DNA of 46,396 nucleotides from Planctomycetota bacterium (GCA_020847415.1 JADLBZ010000200.1:1-46396); one strand, 5' to 3'; numbered from the stretch's first letter, positions 10,148-19,748 are shown. Translations and numbers: made by a program. The notes: generated from the letters alone by a model not told the origin.

Positions 10148-12015
10148 TGCTGCAACGCGTGTTCTTGCTGCTGGTGGTGGGGCTGTTCTGCCGTGCGGCG
10201 GGCACAGCCGTTGCCCAGGAAGCCCCCGCCCAAGCGCCCCTGACCGGCGAAGTCATCGAGGCCGAGTCCAACGACGTCCGCGACGCCGAGAACCTGCAGC
10301 GCATCGCGCCCGGCGCAACGGTCAGCGGTACGGTCCGCGACGAGCAAGACCGCGATCACTTCTGGTTGGTGGCGGCCGCGGACATGCTCTGCGATTTCCG
10401 CATTACCTGCAGCAAGAAGACCGACGTGGACTTCAACATTGAGGGCCTGGTGTTCGGGCAGCACACGCTGCACAGCCCCGAAGGCAGCGTGTTCTTTCTG
10501 CTGCGCCAGCGCGTGCCCGCCGGAGAGCATTCGCTTTGCATCTCGTGCGGCGGCTATGCCGAGGGCGGAACCTGGCGCCTTGCGATTACCGCCAGCCCGG
10601 AGGTTGAAGACTCCGAGTCCGAACCCAACAACAACCGCGACGAGCCCAGCATCGCCGTGGTCGGCAAGACCATGCGCGGCTTCCACTCACGCAGCGAGAG
10701 CGACTCCGACCACTGGAGCATCGAGGTGCCGCGCCGGGGTGTCTATCGCCTTGCCGTGGAAGGCACCGGTACGCCCAAGCCCAAGGACCTGAACCTGAAG
10801 ACCCGGCTGGAGCCCCCCGAGCTCGGCCGCAAGAAACTGCCCCGCTACTCGTACGAGACCGACGAGCCGCGCCCCGGCGGCTACGTGTACTACCCCGTGC
10901 TGGAGGCAGGCACCTGGGAGCTGGTCTTCTTCATGAGCCACAGCACCACCGAGGGCTTCACCTACACGTTTGTGCTGGAGCCCTTCACGCCCGGCGTGGA
11001 TGACGCGCTGACCAAGCAGGCGCGCGATGCCATCGCCCGTGGCGAGGCCTGGCTGCAGACCACGGTACCCGCCAAGGTGCGAGAGAGTCATGTCGTGGCT
11101 GTGGAGGGCCTGGTGCTGGCGGCGCTCTCGGGCGTGAAAGGCAACAAGGATCTCCAGGCGGTCCTGGCGGCCGAGTATGTGCAGTGGTTCGCAAAGAAAG
11201 CTGTTGCAGACGCCGAGGTCTCGTGGCGCGGCCGGAACCTGGGGACAGCCAGCGACAACTTGTATGAGGCAGCCATTGCCACCCTGGCCCTGGCTGAAGC
11301 CGCCGAGGCCGGCATCGCGGGTGCCAAGGAGCTGTGCGAGCGCCAGGTGCGCTTCCTGCTGGCAGCGCAGCAGTCCACGGTGAAAGACCCCGCCTGGAAG
11401 GGGCCCATCCAGCGCCACAACGAGTATCACGGCGGGTGGCGCTACGGGCCCGACGAAGACACCGGCGACATCTCCATCGCGGGCTGGTGCCTGGTGGCCC
11501 TGCTGGCCGCCGACGCCGCCGGAGTCAAGGTGGATGGCATGCGCGACGCCGTGGCCTGGGGCACCGAGTTCGTGAAACGTTGCACAAGCGAAAGCGGGGA
11601 GTTCACCTACCTGCCCAGCCACTCAGACGGCAACAACATCCGCAACTCCATCGGCCTGTTGCTGTACTTGCTGATGGACGAGCCACTGGAAGAGCAGGCA
11701 GGCGCCGTGTGGGACCTGGACCACCACCTGCCCTCGGGCACCCAAGTGGACGACGGCGGCGAGTACATCCTCTATTACGCGTACTACGGCACGCGCCTCA
11801 ACTACCTTCGCGGCGGATTCCAGTGGGAAGCCTGGCGCAGCGTGATGATCCGGCAAGCCCTGCGCCTGCAGGGCGGCGACGGGCGCTGGCCGGCCATCGG
11901 CCAGGAGAAGGGTGACGGCGGCGACCGCTACGCCACGGCCCTGAGTGTCATCATCCTGCGTATCTGCCTGAATGAAGTGCCGGGCTATCTGCGGCCGGAA
12001 GCCCGGGGGTTCTGA
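10147..12015 (+). CDS. Exported protein: two PPC (pre-peptidase C-terminal)-like domains plus a prenyltransferase/squalene-cyclase-like alpha/alpha toroid
   Basis: The start overlaps the upstream TAA (ATAATG, 10144-10149). Signal peptide present. PPC-like EAESND...DHFWL and ESEPNNNRDE...DHWSI. QW-type motifs FLLAAQ...HGGWRYG and RLQGGDGRWP. Confidence 0.8.
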   Translation: MLQRVFLLLVVGLFCRAAGTAVAQEAPAQAPLTGEVIEAESNDVRDAENLQRIAPGATVSGTVRDEQDRDHFWLVAAADMLCDFRITCSKKTDVDFNIEGLVFGQHTLHSPEGSVFFLLRQRVPAGEHSLCISCGGYAEGGTWRLAITASPEVEDSESEPNNNRDEPSIAVVGKTMRGFHSRSESDSDHWSIEVPRRGVYRLAVEGTGTPKPKDLNLKTRLEPPELGRKKLPRYSYETDEPRPGGYVYYPVLEAGTWELVFFMSHSTTEGFTYTFVLEPFTPGVDDALTKQARDAIARGEAWLQTTVPAKVRESHVVAVEGLVLAALSGVKGNKDLQAVLAAEYVQWFAKKAVADAEVSWRGRNLGTASDNLYEAAIATLALAEAAEAGIAGAKELCERQVRFLLAAQQSTVKDPAWKGPIQRHNEYHGGWRYGPDEDTGDISIAGWCLVALLAADAAGVKVDGMRDAVAWGTEFVKRCTSESGEFTYLPSHSDGNNIRNSIGLLLYLLMDEPLEEQAGAVWDLDHHLPSGTQVDDGGEYILYYAYYGTRLNYLRGGFQWEAWRSVMIRQALRLQGGDGRWPAIGQEKGDGGDRYATALSVIILRICLNEVPGYLRPEARGF

Positions 12016-12030
12016 TCGCAGGACGTGAGC

Positions 12031-12450
12031 CTACTGCGGTTGAACATCGCCCGAGGGCCAAAGCTCCTTCAGCCGCCGCCGGATCTCGTCGCGCACGGCG
12101 CGAAACGCCTCCAGCGAGCCCTCCCTGGCCGGGTCCGGCAGGGGCCAGTGCAGCCGCCGCACGGGCCCGGGAAACACCGGGCAGACTTCCTCGGCGCACA
12201 GGGTGATGACCAGGTCCACGGTTTCGGTGTCAATCTCGGCCACCGCCTTGCTGCGCTGCGCCGAGATGTCCAGCCCCAGCTCCGCCAGCACAGCCACCGC
12301 CTGCGGCCGCACCTGTGCCGGCGCAGAGCCGGCCGAAGACACGCGCACGCCGGCGGGAGCCATGGCGCGGGCCAGACCCTCCGCCATCTGGCTGCGGGCC
12401 GAGTTCTGCACGCACAAGAACAGCACATGGAGCGGCTCCAGCGGGCTCAT
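12031..12450 (-). CDS. arsC: LMW-PTP-fold arsenate reductase (thioredoxin-coupled ArsC type)
   Basis: 139 aa. CX5R(S) P-loop within [11 protein letters not shown], and a second Cys pair in TLCAEEVCP. The ATG (12450-12448) overlaps the stop of the upstream MIP gene by 4 nt (ATGA). Track ORF 12031..13116 over-extends it. Confidence 0.7.
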   Translation of the reverse strand: MSPLEPLHVLFLCVQNSARSQMAEGLARAMAPAGVRVSSAGSAPAQVRPQAVAVLAELGLDISAQRSKAVAEIDTETVDLVITLCAEEVCPVFPGPVRRLHWPLPDPAREGSLEAFRAVRDEIRRRLKELWPSGDVQPQ

Positions 12451-13097
12451 GGCGAGCGCTCCCGGCGCATAACCGCCCACAGCGGCACAGCCGTGAACAT
12501 GCCCGCCACCGGAGCGACCAGATAGACCCACAAGTACCGCGTGTTGCCGCTGACCAGCGCGGGAGCCAGGCTGCGCGCGGGGTTCATGCTGGCCCCGCAG
12601 ACGGGCCCGGCGAACAGGGCTTCCAGCGCGACAACGCCGCCCACCGCCACGGCGGGCACCAGGATGCTCTCGCCGGGCTTGCCGCCGGTGGCCAGGATCA
12701 CGAGCATCAAGATCAGGCTCAGCAGGTACTCCAGCAGCAGGCTCTGGCTGAAGTGCCCGGCGGGCAGGGTGGCGCCCAGGTCCGCCACGTTGCCGAACAG
12801 GGCGAGCAACGAGGCGCTGGCCAGCACAGCACCCAGCACCTGTGCAGCCACATAGCGCGGCACGGCGCCCGGGCGTGCACGCCCTGCCGCCCACAAGGCC
12901 AGCGTTACCGCGGGGTTCAGGTGCGCGCCGCTGGCCGGCCCGAAGGCGCAGATCATGGCGGTCACCACCAGCCCGAACACCAGCGCGACGCCAAGGTGGG
13001 TCACCGCGCCGCCGCTGACCTGGTTGACGACAATGGCGCCCGTGCCGGCAAAGACAAGCGCCCAGGTGCCCAGCAGCTCGGCGACAAACTCGCGCAT
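12447..13097 (-). CDS. MIP-family channel (aquaporin/aquaglyceroporin)
   Basis: 216 aa and multi-TM. Two NPA boxes (HLNPAVTLA and SMNPARSLA). Translationally coupled to arsC. Confidence 0.9.
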   Translation of the reverse strand: MREFVAELLGTWALVFAGTGAIVVNQVSGGAVTHLGVALVFGLVVTAMICAFGPASGAHLNPAVTLALWAAGRARPGAVPRYVAAQVLGAVLASASLLALFGNVADLGATLPAGHFSQSLLLEYLLSLILMLVILATGGKPGESILVPAVAVGGVVALEALFAGPVCGASMNPARSLAPALVSGNTRYLWVYLVAPVAGMFTAVPLWAVMRRERSP

Positions 13098-13195
13098 GGG
13101 CGCATTGCAGCAACAACAGTTAAAGATGGCGTAAACGCGGCCTGTTGCTGGGCAGCCGGGCCGGCAAGCGGCTATACTGTGCGCCGGGGCGACCG

Positions 13196-13417
13196 ATGGC
13201 CAAAACCAAAGCGTACAAGGTTATCGTGAGGGGCGAGATGAAGGGGCCCTTCAAGGAAAGCAGCATCATCAACGGCATCCGCGCCGGCATGCTGCCGCTC
13301 TCGGCCAAACTGCTGGACCTGGAAACGGGCCAGACCATTGAGGCGCGCACGCTGCTCAAGAACGCGCAATCGCCCGACTTCGACAACACCATCCCGCTCT
13401 TTGACGGCGATTTCTAG
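13196..13417 (+). CDS. Small hypothetical protein (73 aa)
   Basis: In-frame ATG at 13196 within track ORF 13145..13417. The composition looks coding (MAKTKAYKVIVRGEMKGPFKESSIINGIRAG...). No family recognised. Confidence 0.45.
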   Translation: MAKTKAYKVIVRGEMKGPFKESSIINGIRAGMLPLSAKLLDLETGQTIEARTLLKNAQSPDFDNTIPLFDGDF

Positions 13418-13455
13418 CAGGCTAGGCAACTCGCAGCGGGGCTGGAGACCGGCTG

Positions 13456-13653
13456 CTACCCCGCGCGGCGGGCCGCACCCATCTCGTCCAGCAGGTCGCA
13501 CAGGGCGCCCGCCAGTTGTTCCTGGCTCTCCAGCAGGGCAGCGCGGCCTTCCACGGTCATCAGCAGCGCCTGCACGGGCAGGCGCGGGTTGGTTGTGCGC
13601 AGGCCCTCCACCTTGGTGGCAAAGAACTCCAGGATGCGAGTGACCTCGTCCAT
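13456..13653 (-). CDS. Small hypothetical protein (65 aa)
   Basis: ATG start with GGAG about 7 nt upstream. Helical-looking sequence. No family recognised. Confidence 0.4.
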   Translation of the reverse strand: MDEVTRILEFFATKVEGLRTTNPRLPVQALLMTVEGRAALLESQEQLAGALCDLLDEMGAARRAG

Positions 13654-13997
13654 GGTGGGCTCCGCAATTGTGCGTATGGCTTGAATCGGCGTTGCGGCTG
13701 AAGAGCTTGAGCGAATTCCGGCCCGGCTGTTATCCCTGCGGGGCGTTGCAAAAGCGCATTTCGACGCCCGGCCCGCGCGGCTTCACGGGCCGACCGGCGC
13801 GCGGCTGCACGCCGCAAGCAGGGCAGTCGCTTTCCGCTGGGGAAGGCGCCAAAGGCGATTTCTTCAACGGCCACCTAGAGATAAGGCACAAGAGGCAAAT
13901 TGGGCGTATCAACACACTACATCTTGCGGTGGGCGCAAACCGGGCGCTACGATAGCCGCACCATCTTGCTGCCAACCCACTGCCACTTGGGGACCTC

Positions 13998-14447
13998 ATG
14001 CGTTGCCCGTTCTGCAAAGTTGACAACGACCGCGTCGTGGATTCCCGTTCAGCCTCGGAGGGCGGCGTGGTGCGGCGCCGTCGCGAGTGCCTGGCCTGCG
14101 GCAAGCGTTTCACCACTTACGAGCGCGTCGAAGAAGCGCCCCTGCGCGTCGTGAAGAAGGACGGCAGCCGCGAGCCCTTTGACTCAGAGAAGATCCGCCA
14201 CGGCATCGTGCGCGCCTGCGAGAAGCGCCCGGTCACCACCGCCCAGATTGACGAAGTCGTGCAGGGTATAGAGGACGAGATCAACAAGAAGTACGACCGC
14301 GAGGTGCCCACGCGCGTGATCGGCGAGCTGGTCATGGAGCGGCTGAAGCAGCTCGACAGCGTGGCCTACGTGCGCTTTGCCAGCGTGTACCGCGAGTTCA
14401 AGGACACGGCGGATTTCATTGCCGCCATCCAGGGCGCCAAGAACTGA
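13998..14447 (+). CDS. nrdR: Transcriptional repressor NrdR
   Basis: Zn-ribbon MRCPFCK...[12 protein letters not shown] followed by an ATP-cone ([14 protein letters not shown]...[13 protein letters not shown]). 149 aa is the typical length. Confidence 0.95.
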   Translation: MRCPFCKVDNDRVVDSRSASEGGVVRRRRECLACGKRFTTYERVEEAPLRVVKKDGSREPFDSEKIRHGIVRACEKRPVTTAQIDEVVQGIEDEINKKYDREVPTRVIGELVMERLKQLDSVAYVRFASVYREFKDTADFIAAIQGAKN

Positions 14448-14566
14448 CGACTGTCGCGCAGTCGCGTGCAGGCCGGCTTCCAAACCACCCGGCGTGTTGT
14501 AATCGGCGGCGACGTCCGCACGGGGTACTGTCTCGTCATCTGAGAAAACAAATCCAAGGAGACGAG

Positions 14567-14941
14567 ATGAACAGCCCCGCCGCAAACGCCCCGATGGCAC
14601 TTCGCCGACCTGTCGCGCGCCGCCCGCTGAACCCGGCCGGCGCCAGCCTCCCGCCCGCCAACCCGGACACCGGCATGCTGAACCTGGCTGTGATCGGCCT
14701 GGTGGTGCTGCTGGTTACCGGCCTGCCCGTGTCGCTGTTCGTGGGTCCCAGGGCGCTGCGCCGCGCCAAGACGGTTGAGGACCTGGTCAAGCGCTACCGG
14801 CGCCCGGACTCGGACCTCAGCACGGTGCGCAGCACGCGCATCGTGGCCTGGATCTCCATCATCCTGGGCATTCCCTGCATGATCGCCTGGACCATCATCC
14901 TCATCGGCATTGCCTTCGGCGTCCTGAACGCCGTGTTGTAG
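14567..14941 (+). CDS. Small membrane protein (124 aa, two TM segments)
   Basis: AAGGAG lies upstream of the ATG. TM segments LNLAVIGLVVLLVTGLPVSLFV and IVAWISIILGIPCMIAWTIILIGIAF. Confidence 0.6.
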   Translation: MNSPAANAPMALRRPVARRPLNPAGASLPPANPDTGMLNLAVIGLVVLLVTGLPVSLFVGPRALRRAKTVEDLVKRYRRPDSDLSTVRSTRIVAWISIILGIPCMIAWTIILIGIAFGVLNAVL

Positions 14942-14956
14942 CCCGGTCCGTGCGCC

Positions 14957-15475
14957 ATGCCCGGAGTTCTGTATGCTCCGGGCATGGACGGCGACAGCAC
15001 CCAACGGGCCAGAACTCTGCTGCAACAGAAGCGCGAAGGCGCCTGGTACGCGGGCGGCCTGCGTTTTGCCTGCCGCTTCCCCGAGTGCTGCGACTGCTGC
15101 AGCGGCAAGCGCGGCCCCGGCTACGTGTGGGTCAGCCGCGACGAAATGGCGACCATCGCCGCCCACCTGGGCATCGGCTTTGATCTCTTTCAGGCTGCCT
15201 ACACGCGGCCCGTGGACTCGCGCTTCAGTCTTGTGGAGAAGCCCAACGAGGACTGCATTTTCCTGGGCGACGGCGGGTGCAGCATTTATGCCGTGCGGCC
15301 GGCCCAGTGCCGGACTTATCCCTTCTGGGAAGAGAACCTGCGCAACCGGGCAGCCTGGCGGCTTGAGGCCGCCCATTGCCCCGGCATCCACGACAATGCA
15401 GAACCGGTGCCCGCCGACGAAGTGGAACGGCGGCTGGGCGAGGATATCGCCTGGCGGCGCCGCCACGAACCCTGA
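14957..15475 (+). CDS. YkgJ-family Cys-cluster (zinc/iron-chelating) protein
   Basis: Cys-rich signature FACRFPECCDCCSG plus a later CIFLGDGGCSIY...RPAQCRTYPFW. The start could instead be the ATG at 14984. Confidence 0.75.
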   Translation: MPGVLYAPGMDGDSTQRARTLLQQKREGAWYAGGLRFACRFPECCDCCSGKRGPGYVWVSRDEMATIAAHLGIGFDLFQAAYTRPVDSRFSLVEKPNEDCIFLGDGGCSIYAVRPAQCRTYPFWEENLRNRAAWRLEAAHCPGIHDNAEPVPADEVERRLGEDIAWRRRHEP

Positions 15476-15483
15476 CGCGCACC

Positions 15484-16080
15484 ATGGCCCTGCTGACCCG
15501 ATCGCTCGTGCTGGCATCCGGCTCGCCCTACCGGGCGCGCATCCTGCGTGAGCACGGCGTCGAGTTCACCGTGCAGGTCAGCGACGTGGACGAAGACCTG
15601 CACCCCAAGGACCGTCCCGAGCCCTTTGTGCGCTCGCTGGCGGCGCGCAAGGCTATGGCGGTGGCGGCGCGCGTGCCCAAGGGGGCGCTGGTGCTGGCCG
15701 CCGACACCATGTGCGTGATGGCGGGCGAGCTGGTGGGCAAGCCAGCCGACCACGCCGACGCCCGGCGCATCATTGCCCGGGCCTGCGCCATCGGCCTGCA
15801 AAGCGTGATCAGCGGCGTCTGCGTGGTGGACACCGAGGACATGACGACGGTGTCCTTTGCCGAGACCAGCCTGGTCGAGATGAAGCCCGCCTCCCTGGAC
15901 GAGATTGACGCCTACGTGGCCACCGGCGAGCCGATGGGCAAGTGCGGCGCCTTGTGCATTGAAAGCGGCGCGGGCTTCGTGAAGTCCTGGCGCGGCAGCT
16001 TCGCCAACGTGATGGGCCTGCCCATTGAGCGCCTTCTGCCCCTGCTGTTGAAGCTGGACGTGCGCGCCCAATACCGGTAA
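15484..16080 (+). CDS. maf: Maf-like nucleoside triphosphate pyrophosphatase
   Basis: The N-terminus LVLASGSPYRARIL and overall Maf-like sequence begin at the internal ATG 15484 of track ORF 15376..16080. Confidence 0.9.
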   Translation: MALLTRSLVLASGSPYRARILREHGVEFTVQVSDVDEDLHPKDRPEPFVRSLAARKAMAVAARVPKGALVLAADTMCVMAGELVGKPADHADARRIIARACAIGLQSVISGVCVVDTEDMTTVSFAETSLVEMKPASLDEIDAYVATGEPMGKCGALCIESGAGFVKSWRGSFANVMGLPIERLLPLLLKLDVRAQYR

Positions 16081-16178
16081 GAGCCTGTCTGGAGACTCCG
16101 AGCGTTGGCGATTTCGGAGCGCCGTACCGCGAAGTTCGCCGCCCGAAAGCGCTCGCGAACGGGTCTCCAGACAGGCTC
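16081..16178. repeat. 98-nt inverted-repeat element (long hairpin) directly after the maf stop
   Basis: Perfect 16-nt arms GAGCCTGTCTGGAGAC (16081-16096) and GTCTCCAGACAGGCTC (16163-16178). An inner CGAGCG/CGCTCG pairing extends the stem. No T-run follows. Confidence 0.7.
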
Positions 16179-16196
16179 TAACAGTGCGGCACACCC

Positions 16197-17651
16197 ATGG
16201 AATCGCCCGAACAACCAGCCTTTCGCGTTGCCGTGGTCGGCGCCGGCATCTCGGGCCTGTCCTTTGCCTACCGGCTGCAGCGTGAGGCCCAGAAGGCCGG
16301 GCGCCCGGTCGCGGTCACGCTGCTTGAAGCGGGGGCCCGCCCGGGCGGCGTCATTGAGACCCGCCGCACCCACGGCTGCCTGCTGGAACAGGGGCCGGAC
16401 TGCTGGGCCAGCAACAAGCCCGCGGGGGTGGAGCTGGCCCGCGAACTGGGCCTGGAGGCCGAGCTGATCGGCACCCGGCCCGGCGTGCGCCGCAGCTTCA
16501 TCCTGCACCAGGGCGAGTTGCGCCGCCTGCCCGAGGGCTTCTTCCTGATCTCTCCCATGAGTGTGCGCGCCGTGGCTGCCACGCCGCTGCTGACGCCCTG
16601 GGGCAAGCTGCGCATGGCCCTGGAGCTGTTCATGCCCGCGCGCCGCGAGGACAGCGACGAGTCGCTGGCCGACTTCGTACGCCGCCGCTTCGGGCGCGAG
16701 GCCCTGGCACGCATTGCCCAGCCCATGGTGGCGGGCATCTACACCGCCGACCCCGAGAAGCTCAGCCTGAAGGCCACCTTCCCGCAGTTTCTGCAGTGGG
16801 AGCGCGAACAAGGCAGCGTAATCCGCGCGCTTCGGGCCAGGGCCGCCGCCGAGAAAGCCTCCGGCTCGGCCACGGGCGGCGAGGTCTCCCGCGCCGCCGG
16901 GCCGCGCTACGGCTTGTTCGTCACCCTGCGCGGCGGCCTGGACGGCCTGCCGCGTGCCCTGGAAAGGGCGCTGACGCCGGGCACCCTGCGGCTGACCAGC
17001 ATAGTGGCGGGCATGCGGCGCGAGGGGCAGGGCTGGGAGCTCAAGGTCGGCAGCACAGCCGAGCATTACGACGCCCTGTGCCTGGCCCTGCCCGCGCACC
17101 GTTCGGCGGCCCTGCTGCGCGAGCCCGAGCCGGCCCTCTCGGCCATGCTGGCCGAGTTTGAGTACGCGGGCTCGGCAGTAGTGAACTTCGTCTTTCGCCG
17201 CAGCCAGGTGGCGCACCCCATGGACGGCATCGGCGCGGTCATCCCCGCCGCCGAGCATCGCAAGCTGGTGGCCTTCAGCTTCAGCAGCGTGAAGTTTGAG
17301 GGCCGCGCGCCCGACGGCATGGTGGTACTGCGAGCCTTCATGGGCGGGGCCTTGAACCCCGAGCTGGCCGGCAAGTCCCCCGCCGAGCTTGCTTCCATCG
17401 CGCTGGCCGAGCTGCGTGACCTGGTGGGCTTGCGCGGCGAGCCCCTGCATGTGGAAGCAGCCAGCCACCACGGCACCATGGCCCAGTATCACGTGGGACA
17501 CCTGGACCGCGTGGCCCGCGTGCGCGCGGCGCTGGCAGCCGCGCCGCGGCTGTGCGTGATCGGCAACGCCTTTGACGGCGTCAGCATCCCGGATTGCATC
17601 CGCAACGCCAACGACGCAGCCCGCGCCCTGCTGAGGCAGCTCGCGCCATGA
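16197..17651 (+). CDS. hemY: FAD-dependent protoporphyrinogen/coproporphyrinogen oxidase (HemY type)
   Basis: 484 aa. N-terminal dinucleotide fold VAVVGAGISGLSFAY...LLEAGARPGG. C-terminal HemY-like segment (GNAFDGVSIPDCI). Confidence 0.85.
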   Translation: MESPEQPAFRVAVVGAGISGLSFAYRLQREAQKAGRPVAVTLLEAGARPGGVIETRRTHGCLLEQGPDCWASNKPAGVELARELGLEAELIGTRPGVRRSFILHQGELRRLPEGFFLISPMSVRAVAATPLLTPWGKLRMALELFMPARREDSDESLADFVRRRFGREALARIAQPMVAGIYTADPEKLSLKATFPQFLQWEREQGSVIRALRARAAAEKASGSATGGEVSRAAGPRYGLFVTLRGGLDGLPRALERALTPGTLRLTSIVAGMRREGQGWELKVGSTAEHYDALCLALPAHRSAALLREPEPALSAMLAEFEYAGSAVVNFVFRRSQVAHPMDGIGAVIPAAEHRKLVAFSFSSVKFEGRAPDGMVVLRAFMGGALNPELAGKSPAELASIALAELRDLVGLRGEPLHVEAASHHGTMAQYHVGHLDRVARVRAALAAAPRLCVIGNAFDGVSIPDCIRNANDAARALLRQLAP

Positions 17652-18853
17652 GAGAACTGCCCTCCATTCCCACCGGCAAGGGTTGGCTCACGCGCAACGT
17701 GGTGGCCCTGGGGCTGGTTAGCCTGCTGACGGACGCCTCCAGCGAGATGATCCTGCCGCTGTTGCCGGCCTTCCTGGTCACGCTGCCCGGCGGCGGCGCT
17801 CTTGCCCTGGGCGTGATCGAGGGGGCGGCCGACACCATTGCCAGCCTGCTGAAGCTGGTCAGCGGCCGCGTGGCGGACCGCACCGGGCGCAACAAGCCGC
17901 TGATCCTGGCGGGTTACGGCCTGTCCTCGCTGGTGCGGCCCCTGGTGGCACTGGCGCTGGTCCCCTGGCATGTGCTGGCGGTGCGCTGCACCGACCGCGT
18001 GGGCAAAGGCCTGCGCACCAGCCCGCGCGACGCCCTGATTGCCGGCAGCGCGTCTTCAGAGAAGCACGGCAAGGCGTTTGGCTTTCACCGCGCCATGGAC
18101 CACACGGGCGCCATGCTGGGCCCGTTGCTGGCGGTGGGCGTGCTGGCCTGGGTGACCACCGACCTGCGCGTGGTGTTTGCCCTGGCGGCCATCCCCGGCG
18201 CACTGGCGGTTGCCGCCATTGTGTTTCTCGTGCGCGACCAGCAGCGCCAGGCTGGGCCCGCCAAAAAGATCCTGCTGGCGCCTTCGCGCAGCCTGCTGGC
18301 GGTGCTGTTGCCCGTGGGGGTGTTCACGCTGGGGGCGGCCAGCGACACCTTTCTGCTGCTGCGACTGGGCTTGGAGAAGGAAGACGTCATTGCCCTGCCC
18401 CTGCTGTGGGTGGCCCTGCACCTGGTGCGCAGCGTGCTTTCCACGCCGGGCGGCATGCTGGCGGATCGCATTGGGCACCGGGCATCCCTGACCCTGGGGT
18501 GGCTGGTGTTTGCCGGGGTGTTCGCGGGCATGGCCCTGACCGAAAGCCGCGAGGCCGCCATTGCCCTGTTTCTGGTCTTTGGCCTGTACAACGCACTGGC
18601 TGAGGCACCCCAGAAAGCGCTGGTGGCGCGCTTTGCAGCCAAGACCGAACAGGGGACCAGTTTTGGCTGGTACAACCTTACGGTGGGCCTGATGGCGCTG
18701 CCCGCGAACTTGATGTTCGGCGCCCTGTGGCAGCAATGGGGGGCACCGGCAGCCTTTGCGACCGGTGCAGCCCTGGCGCTGGCTGCCGTAGTGTTGCTGC
18801 TGCTTCTGTCGCCGCTGGCACGGGTTGCCCCTGCGAACAGTAACGGCGGTTGA
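17648..18853 (+). CDS. MFS transporter
   Basis: The ATG at 17648 overlaps the hemY stop (ATGA). About 12 TM segments and an MFS loop motif (DRTGRNKP). Confidence 0.85.
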   Translation: MRELPSIPTGKGWLTRNVVALGLVSLLTDASSEMILPLLPAFLVTLPGGGALALGVIEGAADTIASLLKLVSGRVADRTGRNKPLILAGYGLSSLVRPLVALALVPWHVLAVRCTDRVGKGLRTSPRDALIAGSASSEKHGKAFGFHRAMDHTGAMLGPLLAVGVLAWVTTDLRVVFALAAIPGALAVAAIVFLVRDQQRQAGPAKKILLAPSRSLLAVLLPVGVFTLGAASDTFLLLRLGLEKEDVIALPLLWVALHLVRSVLSTPGGMLADRIGHRASLTLGWLVFAGVFAGMALTESREAAIALFLVFGLYNALAEAPQKALVARFAAKTEQGTSFGWYNLTVGLMALPANLMFGALWQQWGAPAAFATGAALALAAVVLLLLLSPLARVAPANSNGG

Positions 18854-18926
18854 CGCGCAAGCGCCAACCGGGAACCAAATGCGGCTTCCCACGGCGGGTG
18901 GCCCTGCTTAGCCTTGACGGCTCTCT

Positions 18927-19721
18927 ATGACTGCCGACGACAACAACCTGGCCTTCCAGGAGCTGCGTGTGCAGGCGCCGGGCGCGCGCGCGTTCCGGCT
19001 GGAGGGCGCGCTGGTGACGGCCACGATCCCGGCCTTTGTGCGCGAGTTCGGGCGGGCGCTGAACCCGCGCCCGCGGCGGGTGTTTCTGGATGTGAAGGCA
19101 CTCTCGCGCATTGACCGGCACGGGCTGGACACGCTGGCGGGCCTGGCGGGGTTCTTTGGCGACCTGGACGGCGGCTACCTGGCGCTGGTAGGAGCGCCGC
19201 GGCTGCTGCAGGAAAAGCTGGCCGAGCCTGCCTCCGATGGGCACTTGAAGTTCTTTGCCAACTTCGGCCAGGGCGCCGTGAAAGTGATGGACACGGTGCT
19301 GGTGTCGCTCAGCCAGAAACAGGCTGCGTCCAAGGCCGCCCCGGTGCAGACCACCGAGACGGCACGTGCGGTCTGGGCCGGCATCCGCGATGCCAAGGTA
19401 CCGCAGGCGCAGGTGCTGACCCTGCAGGGGAACTTCGACAAGGTTTCGGCCCCGCACTTTGAGAAGCACTGGAATGCCGAGTTCGGGCCCCAGACCCGCT
19501 ACCTGATCCTGGACCTGGAGGGTCTGCGCAGCGTGGTGGATGACGGCATCGAGTGGATGCACAAGATGGTGGCCGCGGTGCGCGCCCGCGACGGGCGCGT
19601 GCTGGTGGCCAACGCACGGCCCAAGATCAAGGTGCTGTTCGACATGCTGGACATGTCGGCGCAGTTCGAACTGGTGAATACGGTGGACGAAGCCGAGCAG
19701 TCGCTGGGCCGACGGCCCTGA
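18927..19721 (+). CDS. Tandem STAS-domain protein (anti-sigma-factor-antagonist-like)
   Basis: 264 aa with two SpoIIAA-like halves (FLDVKALSRIDRHGLDTLAGL and ILDLEGLRSVVDDGIEWM). No partner kinase or phosphatase in the window. Confidence 0.65.
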   Translation: MTADDNNLAFQELRVQAPGARAFRLEGALVTATIPAFVREFGRALNPRPRRVFLDVKALSRIDRHGLDTLAGLAGFFGDLDGGYLALVGAPRLLQEKLAEPASDGHLKFFANFGQGAVKVMDTVLVSLSQKQAASKAAPVQTTETARAVWAGIRDAKVPQAQVLTLQGNFDKVSAPHFEKHWNAEFGPQTRYLILDLEGLRSVVDDGIEWMHKMVAAVRARDGRVLVANARPKIKVLFDMLDMSAQFELVNTVDEAEQSLGRRP

Positions 19722-19748
19722 GCAAGGCGTGTTGCGGTGATGAAAACA

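Noticed and set aside
12031-13116. The track lists a single 361-aa ORF here.
   Set aside because: Only the C-terminal 139 aa (from ATG 12450) look like a real protein (ArsC). The remainder is an off-frame read across the MIP channel gene.
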